From an uncultured bacterium (GTDB lineage: Bacteria; Chlamydiota; Chlamydiia; Chlamydiales; VFKH01): a stretch of DNA of 64,000 bases. The notes below the pieces were generated by a model. It saw only the letters and a program-made list of their open reading frames with translations. It ran no database searches and was not told where the DNA came from. The stretch spans positions 399,383-463,382 of the forward strand of contig CAZVVT010000001.1 in the NCBI GenBank assembly GCA_964630595.1. The letters are read 5' to 3'. Every line of letters begins with the position of its first letter. Positions within the stretch are counted from its first letter, which is position 1. Positions 36,483 through 44,274 of the stretch are shown one piece after another. Made by a program: the position numbers and the translations under genes.

Positions 36483-38365
36483 TGAGCGTCCCTTACGTCT
36501 TTGACGAATTCTTTGAATCTGGTCTAGAGGAGTCCAAGAGCCCCTTTTTAGAGCCGCGCTCCAAACGGTGGGGCAAGAACTTGCAGCTGAAGGCTTCAAT
36601 TGTTGCAGCAGGCCTACTCGCAGCCGCTTTTGGATTTTTCTTCACTCACGAAACCGTATCGCACCTTCTCCTTGTCCTCGTCTTCTTTTTGGCAGGAACC
36701 GAATCGCTCATCGGCGCTATCGAAGATCTGCTGCGCTTTGAGGTCAACATCGATGTCTTGATGACACTAGCTGCCTTCTTGTCGATCTTCATCGGCAGCG
36801 GTTTGGAAGGCGGCTTATTGCTCGTTCTCTTCTCTCTTTCGGGAGCCATTGAGGAGAATGTGACGGGAAAGGCGCGCTCAGCCCTGTCGGGACTGCGCGA
36901 GCTAGCCCCGCCACAAGCCAACGCCCTCTTGCCCGACGGCAGTACCATCGAACGCTCCGTCAAGGACATCGTTGTCGGTGATGTGATCCTCGTCAAGGCA
37001 GGCGATGTCGTCCCTCTCGACGGAGAGATCCTCACCGGCTTCACCTCCGTCAACCTCATCCATCTCACCGGAGAAAACCTGCCGGTGGCTAAGCAAAAGG
37101 GGGACAATGTCCCTGCCGGTGCACGCAACTTAGAGGGAACCATTACGTTGCGCGTCTCGCATAGTTCGACAGAATCGACACTGGCCCGCCTCATCAAGTT
37201 GATCACTGAAGCGCAAGAGACCAAGCCGCGCCTGCAGTGGTGGATCGACCGCTTGAGCCGCACTTACGCCACCACCATCATCTCTCTCTTCATTCTCTTC
37301 TCCATTACCATTCCCCTCTTCACCCACCTGCCCTACCTCGGCGTAGAGGGCTCGATCTACCGCGCATTGGCCTTCTTGATCGCTGCGTCGCCCTGCGCGC
37401 TCATCATTGCGATTCCCATTGGGTATTTGAGCGCCATCAGTGTCTGCGCACGTAAAGGCATCCTCTTAAAAGGGGGCATCGTGCTCGATGCTCTCGCCTC
37501 CTGCAAAGCAATCGCCTTTGATAAAACAGGGACGATTACCAAGGCCGAACTGCGCATCGTCTCTTCCGAGATCCGTGATGATATTCTTGCTGCTGCTTAC
37601 GCCATTGAGCAGGGCTCTACTCACCCCATCGCCCAAGCCATCTGCCGTCTAGCCAAAGAACGCGGACTCAAACCCGCTGCGCTCCTCACTTCACGAGCTG
37701 TGCCCGGCAAGGGGGTTGAAGGAGAAGTCAGCACAGGAAAGATCTACGTAGGAAAGGCGGATTCGCCGGGACGTAAAGATCAGATCCATGCCGTTGCCAT
37801 CCTCAACGACGAGAAGATGGACCTCTATTTCGAGGACACCCCCCGCGAGGGCATGGCGGCTTTGATGACGCGCCTCAAGGAGCGCTTCTCCTTACGTCTT
37901 CTCATGTTAACGGGCGACTACCCCGAAAGCGCAAACCGCATCGCAAAGCTGGTCGGAGTCGAAGAGGTCTTTGCCAAACTGCTGCCCGAAGAGAAACTCA
38001 AAATGGTTGCAGACCTTTCTGAAACCGACCACCTCGCTATGATCGGTGATGGCATCAACGATGCCCCCGCTCTCACCCGCGCTACGGTGGGCATCTCCAT
38101 GGGTAAAGTGGGCTCTACCTCCGCCGTTGACGCCTCTGACATCGTCCTGCTCCACGACGACTTGAACCTGCTGGACTGGCTCATTGCCAAGGCGCGCAAA
38201 ACCCGCTCCATCATCGCTATGAATGTCATTTTTGCCATGACAGTGATCCTTGTCGCCTCGATGCTCGCTCTCTTTGGAATTGTGCCCCTATGGCTCGCCG
38301 TGGTCCTTCATGAAGGTGGCACAGTGCTGGTGGGACTCAATAGCCTACGACTGCTGCGCTCTTAG
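36482..38365 (+). CDS. P1B-4-type heavy-metal P-type ATPase (Co/Fe/Zn-exporter class)
   Basis: Within ORF 36383..38365 I prefer the ATG at 36482 (TGATG overlap with the VIT gene stop). There is no N-terminal CxxC metal-binding domain. The TM4 motif is SPC (AASPCALIIA). Other motifs are DKTGT, GDGINDAP and TM6 HEGGT. The SPC plus HEGxT combination is the P1B-4 signature. Confidence 0.85.
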   Translation: MSVPYVFDEFFESGLEESKSPFLEPRSKRWGKNLQLKASIVAAGLLAAAFGFFFTHETVSHLLLVLVFFLAGTESLIGAIEDLLRFEVNIDVLMTLAAFLSIFIGSGLEGGLLLVLFSLSGAIEENVTGKARSALSGLRELAPPQANALLPDGSTIERSVKDIVVGDVILVKAGDVVPLDGEILTGFTSVNLIHLTGENLPVAKQKGDNVPAGARNLEGTITLRVSHSSTESTLARLIKLITEAQETKPRLQWWIDRLSRTYATTIISLFILFSITIPLFTHLPYLGVEGSIYRALAFLIAASPCALIIAIPIGYLSAISVCARKGILLKGGIVLDALASCKAIAFDKTGTITKAELRIVSSEIRDDILAAAYAIEQGSTHPIAQAICRLAKERGLKPAALLTSRAVPGKGVEGEVSTGKIYVGKADSPGRKDQIHAVAILNDEKMDLYFEDTPREGMAALMTRLKERFSLRLLMLTGDYPESANRIAKLVGVEEVFAKLLPEEKLKMVADLSETDHLAMIGDGINDAPALTRATVGISMGKVGSTSAVDASDIVLLHDDLNLLDWLIAKARKTRSIIAMNVIFAMTVILVASMLALFGIVPLWLAVVLHEGGTVLVGLNSLRLLRS

Positions 38366-38652
38366 TTAGAGGCTAGAGCTCTTCCTGCTACAGCAGAAAC
38401 GAGGATGACTTCTCCGTCTCCGGAAGGACTCGTGCATACCAGAGCACGCTCTCCTCCCTCGCCAGGCCTTCGCAAGGTTTCAATAGCTCCACGCACCTCT
38501 TCGACGGTTGCCGCTACTCTCTCCGCCAAATCTTTCACCGTAAAAAGGGCGACTGAAGGGGATCTAGTCGTAAATTCTGTGATATAAGTTAGGACACTTT
38601 CTGCGACTCTAGTCATGAAAAAAAGGATAGGCGAAGACGGAATTTCCCTCAT
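38362..38652 (-). CDS. Hypothetical small protein
   Basis: 96-aa ORF with an alternative start MTRVAES at 38616. No known motif. It is convergent with the ATPase gene with a 4-nt stop overlap. Confidence 0.4.
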   Translation of the reverse strand: MREIPSSPILFFMTRVAESVLTYITEFTTRSPSVALFTVKDLAERVAATVEEVRGAIETLRRPGEGGERALVCTSPSGDGEVILVSAVAGRALASN

Positions 38653-38657
38653 TTATT

Positions 38658-38671
38658 CAATTAATTAATTG
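38658..38671. promoter_or_regulatory. Perfect 14-bp AT palindrome CAATTAATTAATTG in the divergent hrcA intergenic region
   Basis: The sequence caattaattaattg equals its own reverse complement. It lies between the divergent ORF 38362..38652 and hrcA. Confidence 0.4.
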
Positions 38672-38694
38672 ATATTTAGTACCTTAGAAAGAAT

Positions 38695-38721
38695 TCAGCA
38701 GTTTCGACGTCCGAGTGCTAA
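38695..38721 (+). promoter_or_regulatory. CIRCE-like HrcA operator (degenerate left arm)
   Basis: The site reads TCAGCAGTT-N9-GAGTGCTAA against the consensus TTAGCACTC-N9-GAGTGCTAA. The right arm matches 9/9 and the left arm 6/9. It lies 45 bp upstream of the hrcA start. Confidence 0.55.
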
Positions 38722-38765
38722 AAATCGATTGACTCTAGAAACTCACTGCGATTAGAATCGATGGC

Positions 38766-39836
38766 ATGTCCGCCAAGAAACAGGAGCGAGAAGAGAAAGT
38801 CCTTCTCGGGCTCATTGACCTCTACATTAAGACTGCCCGCCCGGTGGGCTCCCAAACGCTGCAAGAATGCGGCTTTAGCGACCTCTCTTCGGCCACCATC
38901 CGTAACTACTTTGCACGGCTCGAAAAAGAGGGGTTTTTGACCCAGGCGCACGCTTCTGGCGGACGGATGCCGACCGATAAAGCTTTCCATTTTTTTGCCG
39001 CAAAGTGCCTCCAAGAGCCAGTCGTTGCAGCAAGCGCTACGCAGCCTGTGCGCGAAGTGGCGGCGCTGCTCGACCGAGAGGCTGAACGGTTGTCGAGAGA
39101 GACAAGAACGGCTGTTGTCATCACCAGTCCCCGCTTTGATCACGACTTCATCCGCGACATCCGCATTGTGGTCATCGACGATTTTCGCATCTTGGCTGTC
39201 TTGATCACCGATTTTGGGCTGGTGAAGTCCGAAGTCATCGCTACGGCTCAAGCCATTGATGCCAAAATTGCCGCGCGCTTGGAGGCCAACTTTCTCTGGC
39301 ATATTCGTGGACGCGAGGGCAGCCCTGCCGAACTGGATGGTGCGTGGCAGCAAAGCGCGCAAGAGCTCTACCAAGAGATCATGGTCCGTTTTCTTGTCGG
39401 CTATTCCCACTTCCCACGACCTGATCTGCATAAAAAGGGCTTTTCCACTCTTCTCTCCTATCCCGAATGTGGCGACCCCGTGCCGCTGGCGGAAATTCTC
39501 GGTCTCTTCGAGCAAGAAGAGGCGCTCTTTGCACTGGCACAGGAAGCAGTCTCCGGCATTAAGTTGTGGATTGGTTCTGATTTGTCCTCGTTTGGTTGCA
39601 ATGCGGCCACGCTCATCGCAATGCCCTACCACCTGCACCAAAAATCGGTGGGCATGATTTTGATGCTGGCGCCGACGCGCATGGACTACAAAAAAGCGCT
39701 CGAGAAGATTCAAACGCTCTCTCAAGGTCTCTCTGAGCACCTCACGGCCAGCTTATACACCTTCAAACTCTCTTATCGAGAACCCAACATCAAAACCCCT
39801 TACGTTACGGAAAGTGAACGACGCCTACTGACATGA
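38766..39836 (+). CDS. hrcA: Heat-inducible transcription repressor HrcA
   Basis: 356-aa ORF whose N-terminal winged-helix segment REEKVLLGLIDLYIKTARPVGSQTL is the HrcA signature. It is first in the hrcA-grpE-dnaK order. Confidence 0.92.
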   Translation: MSAKKQEREEKVLLGLIDLYIKTARPVGSQTLQECGFSDLSSATIRNYFARLEKEGFLTQAHASGGRMPTDKAFHFFAAKCLQEPVVAASATQPVREVAALLDREAERLSRETRTAVVITSPRFDHDFIRDIRIVVIDDFRILAVLITDFGLVKSEVIATAQAIDAKIAARLEANFLWHIRGREGSPAELDGAWQQSAQELYQEIMVRFLVGYSHFPRPDLHKKGFSTLLSYPECGDPVPLAEILGLFEQEEALFALAQEAVSGIKLWIGSDLSSFGCNAATLIAMPYHLHQKSVGMILMLAPTRMDYKKALEKIQTLSQGLSEHLTASLYTFKLSYREPNIKTPYVTESERRLLT

Positions 39837-40312
39837 GTGAAGAACCGAACAACCCGCCTCCTGAAGAGGATTTCAAAGACAAGTACTTTCGCGCCATTGC
39901 TGAGCTGGAAAATGCTCGCAAACGGCTCTTAAAAGAGAAATTGGAAGCCATTGGAGCTGCGCAAGAGGATGTCATTACCGATTTCCTGCAGCCCATCGAC
40001 AACTTTGAAAATGCACTTCGCTTTGCCAAAGGTGGCAGCGATGAACTAAAAAATTGGGCCATCGGCTTTGAGATGATTCTAGGACAGTTGAAATCGGTGC
40101 TCACACAGCACCAAGTCACCTCTTACGAATCGCTGCACAAAACGTTTGACCCCGCCCTCCACGATGCTGTGGAGAGTGTAGAAACTGAAGAACATCCCGC
40201 CGGCACTATTCTGCAAGAATTCTGCCCCGGATACCGCATGAACGGGCACACCATTCGCCCGGCGCGTGTAAAAGTAGCTAAAAAAAAGGAAGATCATGAC
40301 GAAAAAAAGTAA
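39833..40312 (+). CDS. grpE: Nucleotide exchange factor GrpE
   Basis: 159-aa ORF with [18 protein letters not shown] and the C-terminal beta domain FDPALHDAV. It overlaps the hrcA stop with ATGA. Confidence 0.9.
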   Translation: MSEEPNNPPPEEDFKDKYFRAIAELENARKRLLKEKLEAIGAAQEDVITDFLQPIDNFENALRFAKGGSDELKNWAIGFEMILGQLKSVLTQHQVTSYESLHKTFDPALHDAVESVETEEHPAGTILQEFCPGYRMNGHTIRPARVKVAKKKEDHDEKK

Positions 40313-42188
40313 AATCATCGGAATCGACCTAGGAACCACCAACTCCTGCGTCGCAGTGATGGAAGGAGGCGTTGCAAAGGTCATCGCCTCAGCAGAAGGA
40401 ACACGTACAACTCCCTCTGTCGTTGGTTTCAAAGGCGCTGAAAAAATTGTCGGCGTTTCTGCGAAACGGCAAGCCGTCACCAACCCCACCAACACCTTCT
40501 CCTCCACAAAGCGCTTCATCGGCCGCAAAGCCTCGGAAGTGCAAGCGGAGATCAAAAACGTGCCCTACAAGGTAGTTTCAGGCCCAGGTGGCAACGCTGT
40601 CTTCGAATGCGAAGGCAAAACCATGACGCCGGAAGAAATCGCTGCCTACATCCTCATCAAGATGAAGGAGACGGCAGAAGCCTACTTGGGCGAAAAAGTA
40701 ACGGAAGCGGTGATCACCGTTCCTGCCTACTTCAACGATGCACAGCGTCAGTCAACCAAAGACGCAGGCCGCATTGCAGGGTTGGATGTCAAGCGCATCA
40801 TCCCTGAGCCCACAGCGGCTGCTTTGGCCTACGGTCTCGACAAAGTCGGCGAGAAAAAAATTGCTGTCTTTGACCTCGGCGGCGGTACCTTTGATATCTC
40901 CGTGCTCGAACTGGGCGACGGCGTATTTGAAGTACTGGCGACCAACGGCGACACCCACTTGGGTGGTGACGACTTTGACAATGCCATCCTCAACTGGCTC
41001 TTAGAGGAGTTCAAGAAGGAGCACGGCATTGATCTGAGAAATGATCGTATGGCGCTCCAGCGTCTACGCGATGCAGCAGAAAAGGCGAAAATTGAACTCT
41101 CCGGCACGCAGTCGACAGAGATCAACCAACCCTTCATCACGATGGACCAGTCTGGCCCCAAACACTTGTCGACGACGTTGACGCGTGCCAAATTGGAGAG
41201 TCTGACACACAGCTTGATCGAGCGTACGCGCGAGCCTTGCCTGAAGGCACTGAAAGATGCCGGCTTGTCTCCTGCGCAAATCGACGAAGTGGTTCTCGTG
41301 GGCGGCATGACGCGTATGCCCGCCGTTCAGGATATGGTGAAGGCCATTTTCCAAGGCAAAGAACCGCATAAAGGGGTGAACCCCGACGAAGTCGTTGCCA
41401 TCGGTGCAGCGATTCAAGGCGGCGTACTTACAGGAGACGTGAAAGACGTTCTTCTGCTCGACGTCATTCCTTTGACGCTCGGGATCGAAACTCTCGGCGG
41501 CGTGCTCACTCCCCTCGTGGAGCGCAATACCACCATCCCCACACAGAAGAAACAGGTCTTCTCTACAGCGAGCGACAACCAGCCCGCTGTGACGATCGTT
41601 GTTCTGCAAGGGGAGCGCAAGATGGCCAAAGACAACAAGGAAATTGGCCGCTTTGATCTGACAGATATCCCTCCCGCACCACGTGGTGTGCCGCAAATCG
41701 AAGTCGCCTTCGACATCGATGCGGACGGGATTCTGCACGTATCCGCACGCGATGTCCAATCCGGCAAGCAACAGAAAATCCGCATCGAAGCGACCTCCGG
41801 CCTCAGTGAGGCAGAGATCCAGAAAGCGATTAAGGATGCTGAAGCTCATGCTGAAGAGGACAAGCGCCTCAAAGAAGAGATCGATGTCAAAAACGAAGCC
41901 GATGCTCTCGTCTTCCGCGCAGAAAAGTCCATCAAGGAATTCAAGGACAAACTGCCCGCTGAGATCGTCTCCGATATCGAATCGAAGATCCATGCTGTCA
42001 AGAAGGCTCTTGAAAGCAAGGAAATCTCGGCGATTAAGGCAGCCGCTGAAGAGCTCTCCTCGCACATGCAAAAAATTGGCGAAGAGCTGCAAAAGGCTTC
42101 TGCTGCGCAAGGCAGTGCTCAACCCGCTCCTGGCAACGAGAAAGTGGAAGAAGCTGACGTCGAAATTGTAGACGAAGAAAAGAAGTAA
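40296..42188 (+). CDS. dnaK: Chaperone DnaK (Hsp70)
   Basis: 630-aa ORF with [38 protein letters not shown] and an acidic C-terminus. Confidence 0.97.
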   Translation: MTKKSKIIGIDLGTTNSCVAVMEGGVAKVIASAEGTRTTPSVVGFKGAEKIVGVSAKRQAVTNPTNTFSSTKRFIGRKASEVQAEIKNVPYKVVSGPGGNAVFECEGKTMTPEEIAAYILIKMKETAEAYLGEKVTEAVITVPAYFNDAQRQSTKDAGRIAGLDVKRIIPEPTAAALAYGLDKVGEKKIAVFDLGGGTFDISVLELGDGVFEVLATNGDTHLGGDDFDNAILNWLLEEFKKEHGIDLRNDRMALQRLRDAAEKAKIELSGTQSTEINQPFITMDQSGPKHLSTTLTRAKLESLTHSLIERTREPCLKALKDAGLSPAQIDEVVLVGGMTRMPAVQDMVKAIFQGKEPHKGVNPDEVVAIGAAIQGGVLTGDVKDVLLLDVIPLTLGIETLGGVLTPLVERNTTIPTQKKQVFSTASDNQPAVTIVVLQGERKMAKDNKEIGRFDLTDIPPAPRGVPQIEVAFDIDADGILHVSARDVQSGKQQKIRIEATSGLSEAEIQKAIKDAEAHAEEDKRLKEEIDVKNEADALVFRAEKSIKEFKDKLPAEIVSDIESKIHAVKKALESKEISAIKAAAEELSSHMQKIGEELQKASAAQGSAQPAPGNEKVEEADVEIVDEEKK

Positions 42189-42199
42189 TTGTTTCTTTT

Positions 42200-42232
42200 G
42201 GGTCTCTGGAGAAATCCAGAGACCCTTTTTTT
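42200..42232. terminator. Hairpin terminator after dnaK (also faces the convergent gene)
   Basis: Stem gggtctctgga (42200-42210) / tccagagaccc (42215-42225), loop gaaa, then ttttttt. A T-rich run precedes it, so it can function on the opposite strand. Confidence 0.85.
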
Positions 42233-43103
42233 ATTTCTCGATCACAGCAATCGAGATCACTCCATCATCAAAGGATTGCTCCGGAACAAAGGCCTTTGCC
42301 ACGAAACCTGCTTCACGATAGGTCTCAGATATTTGCTTTGCAATGCCTTGCAGCGCTTCCAAGCTCCACCTTTTCCCCGCATAAGTATTTGCTAAACACT
42401 CTAGCTGTTTGGTGGGAAGAATGGTGGCCCCTACTACTTTAAACCGACGCACATTCACCGACGCGGTCATGTCGCGATCATCTATGTCCATGGTAGCAAC
42501 CGTGCGCAGAGGGCGCTTTCCACGTACAGGCACCGTCGCTGGAACCACAGGAGAGGAGGGTGTTGCGGGGATAATGGCTTGATGAGATGCAACGTGTATC
42601 ATTTTGCCGGGTTCAGGCAAGCGCTCTTCTGTGCGCAAATCGAAAACAACGGTTTGTTGCTGGGGCAAGCTGCTTTCTTGACATGCCAAAAGAAAGCTTC
42701 GGCTCTTTTCTTCCGCAAAGACCAACTCCAGCGCATCGGGGGCGACGCAATCCTCGCCATTGTTGCAGCCCGCCAGCGTCAAGGCAATCGGGTCCGCATA
42801 GGAGGTGTCTTGAGCCAAAGCGATTTCCTCATCTGCAGGATCATTGAAAAAAGCTGCGTGAGAAAGCGGCGTCTGCACCTTTTCAGCGACCTGCGCAAAA
42901 AGAGATGTCGACTCCTCGTTTTGAGGCAGCAAGGCTTCTGTATGTTCCTCTAGAGCAAGAGCGATGACATCGGGAGTTGTTTGCTCAACTGCGGAAACTA
43001 GACCAGAGTGCGGTGCTGCATGATCATCGAGCACCGACAACAGTTTATCTTCCAGATCGGCAGCGCACAGTACACAGGGAAGCGCCCATAAAATCCATTT
43101 CAT
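42231..43103 (-). CDS. Secreted hypothetical protein ending in an orphan ShlB/TpsB-type POTRA domain
   Basis: 290-aa ORF with a signal peptide (MKWILWALPCVLCAADL) and an acidic middle. The last ~75 aa are VNVRRFKVVGATILPTKQLECLANTYAGKRWSLEALQGIAKQISETYREAGFVAKAFVPEQSFDDGVISIAVIEK, which match the POTRA_2 pattern. The ORF then stops. Confidence 0.65.
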   Translation of the reverse strand: MKWILWALPCVLCAADLEDKLLSVLDDHAAPHSGLVSAVEQTTPDVIALALEEHTEALLPQNEESTSLFAQVAEKVQTPLSHAAFFNDPADEEIALAQDTSYADPIALTLAGCNNGEDCVAPDALELVFAEEKSRSFLLACQESSLPQQQTVVFDLRTEERLPEPGKMIHVASHQAIIPATPSSPVVPATVPVRGKRPLRTVATMDIDDRDMTASVNVRRFKVVGATILPTKQLECLANTYAGKRWSLEALQGIAKQISETYREAGFVAKAFVPEQSFDDGVISIAVIEK

Positions 43104-44227
43104 ACTGACTCCACAACAACAATAACGACAATGCCATATTGCAGTGACTGTGTGGGCACATACACCTTAACGGCAGGCAAACTAGCCTTCACATAAGCAA
43201 GTTTGATTTGGTAGGCAATATCTTCTAGTTCATCAATCGTGAGCTTTTGTTTTGCATAGCGATTCGCGATTCTGTTCAGTTGCTCGGTTGAAAGAAGAGA
43301 GGCTCCTACAACGGTGACGCAGTTTACCTGCACACATGCTCCTGGACCCCTTTCGTCTACCAAACGAGGCATAGAGCGAATCGGCGGCGCGTACACTTTC
43401 GCAGCGGGCGAGCAAGAGCCTTGCGGCTGCTTCTCGCAACAAGGTGATGGACACTGGCAAGGCTGCGGGCAACGGCACGGCTGTGGGCAGCAGGGTTGTG
43501 GTTGCACGTCGCAGCAGGGCGATGGACACTGGCAAGGTGGCGGACAGCGGCAGGGCTGCGGGCAACAAACGGAGGGCTGCACAACAGGTATGACAGGACA
43601 ACAGGGCTCTGTGGGCTGCGGCGCGGGCTGCGTAGAGGGACACCACTGCACATTGCAGAAGGGTTCAGGAAGTGGGTAATCAGGCTCTGGGTAGGGACCG
43701 GTGTCCTCACAGCATTGGTCCTGCCAGGTATTGATGGTCTCCGGAGTAATCACCAGGCCAGGCTCAGGTTCTTGAGGGGGAAAAACTGTCTCAGTAGGAG
43801 CCGGTGCTGGTGCTGGCGTAGGCGCAACAACTGCTGGAGGAGTCGGTGTTGGGGTAGGCGCAACAACTGCTGGAGGAGCCGGTGCTGGAACAACTGGCTG
43901 CGGGGCGGGAAGCGGCAGGAGAGTAGAGGGAGTGGGGTTGAGTGGAATGGGATCTTCGAAGGTGCTTTCTACCACCGGAGTGATCCAAAAACCTCCTCCA
44001 AGAGAGGTCGAAGTAGGCTCCGCCTGGCCCGGCTCATCCTGGCTAATGTCGATCCCGTAGCCCTCTTCTTCATCCGAAGTATCGGGCGTTACAGGCAGAT
44101 CATAGCCCTCTTCATCGTCGTCCAGCTCAACAGATTCGCTTTCGTCCGGAGGCGAAGAGTTCTCCGCCCGCAAGGGAGCAGAGGCAAAAAGGGTAAGCAA
44201 ACCTAAAGCCAACAGCACTTGGATCAT
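43100..44227 (-). CDS. Secreted Cys/Pro-rich repeat protein ending in an orphan ShlB/TpsB-type POTRA domain
   Basis: 375-aa ORF with a signal peptide (MIQVLLALGLLTLFASAPLRAEN), an acidic region and PPAVVAPTP repeats. Two 25-aa CCPQPCRCPxPCQCPSPCC repeats follow. The C-terminal segment VQVNCVTVVGASLLSTEQLNRIANRYAKQKLTIDELEDIAYQIKLAYVKASLPAVKVYVPTQSLQYGIVVIVVVESV is paralogous to the end of ORF 42231..43103. The stop overlaps the next start (ATGA). Confidence 0.65.
   Translation of the reverse strand: MIQVLLALGLLTLFASAPLRAENSSPPDESESVELDDDEEGYDLPVTPDTSDEEEGYGIDISQDEPGQAEPTSTSLGGGFWITPVVESTFEDPIPLNPTPSTLLPLPAPQPVVPAPAPPAVVAPTPTPTPPAVVAPTPAPAPAPTETVFPPQEPEPGLVITPETINTWQDQCCEDTGPYPEPDYPLPEPFCNVQWCPSTQPAPQPTEPCCPVIPVVQPSVCCPQPCRCPPPCQCPSPCCDVQPQPCCPQPCRCPQPCQCPSPCCEKQPQGSCSPAAKVYAPPIRSMPRLVDERGPGACVQVNCVTVVGASLLSTEQLNRIANRYAKQKLTIDELEDIAYQIKLAYVKASLPAVKVYVPTQSLQYGIVVIVVVESV
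43418..43567 (-). repeat. Tandem 2 x 75-nt coding repeat (25-aa CCPQPCRCP(P/Q)PCQCPSPCC module)
   Basis: Hand alignment of 43418-43492 against 43493-43567 gives 58/75 identical nt. The peptides are CCPQPCRCPPPCQCPSPCCDVQPQP and CCPQPCRCPQPCQCPSPCCEKQPQG. Confidence 0.85.
43818..43878 (-). repeat. 36-nt-period coding repeat (PPAVVAPTP x2)
   Basis: The 25-mer gtaggcgcaacaactgctggaggag occurs at 43818-43842 and again at 43854-43878. Confidence 0.8.
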
Positions 44228-44274
44228 CTTACCCTCAGTTATCTGGCACTCTTCATTTTCCTGTCAAAGAACCT

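Noticed and set aside
38718-39740. 340-aa minus-strand ORF antisense to hrcA
   Set aside because: The plus frame carries the unmistakable HrcA N-terminus and sits in the hrcA-grpE-dnaK order. The antisense ORF also starts inside the CIRCE right arm and has no recognisable domain.
41064-42122. 352-aa minus-strand ORF antisense to dnaK, plus several 60-160-aa ORFs on both strands across 40300-42200
   Set aside because: DnaK is one of the most conserved proteins and fully explains the region. The others are shadow ORFs.
43496-44206. 236-aa plus-strand ORF (W/R/G/C-rich) opposite the Cys/Pro-rich POTRA gene
   Set aside because: It is the complement of CCN/TGY-rich repeats. It has no start context or signal. 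The minus frame has a signal peptide, a paralogous C-terminal domain and start/stop coupling to its neighbour.
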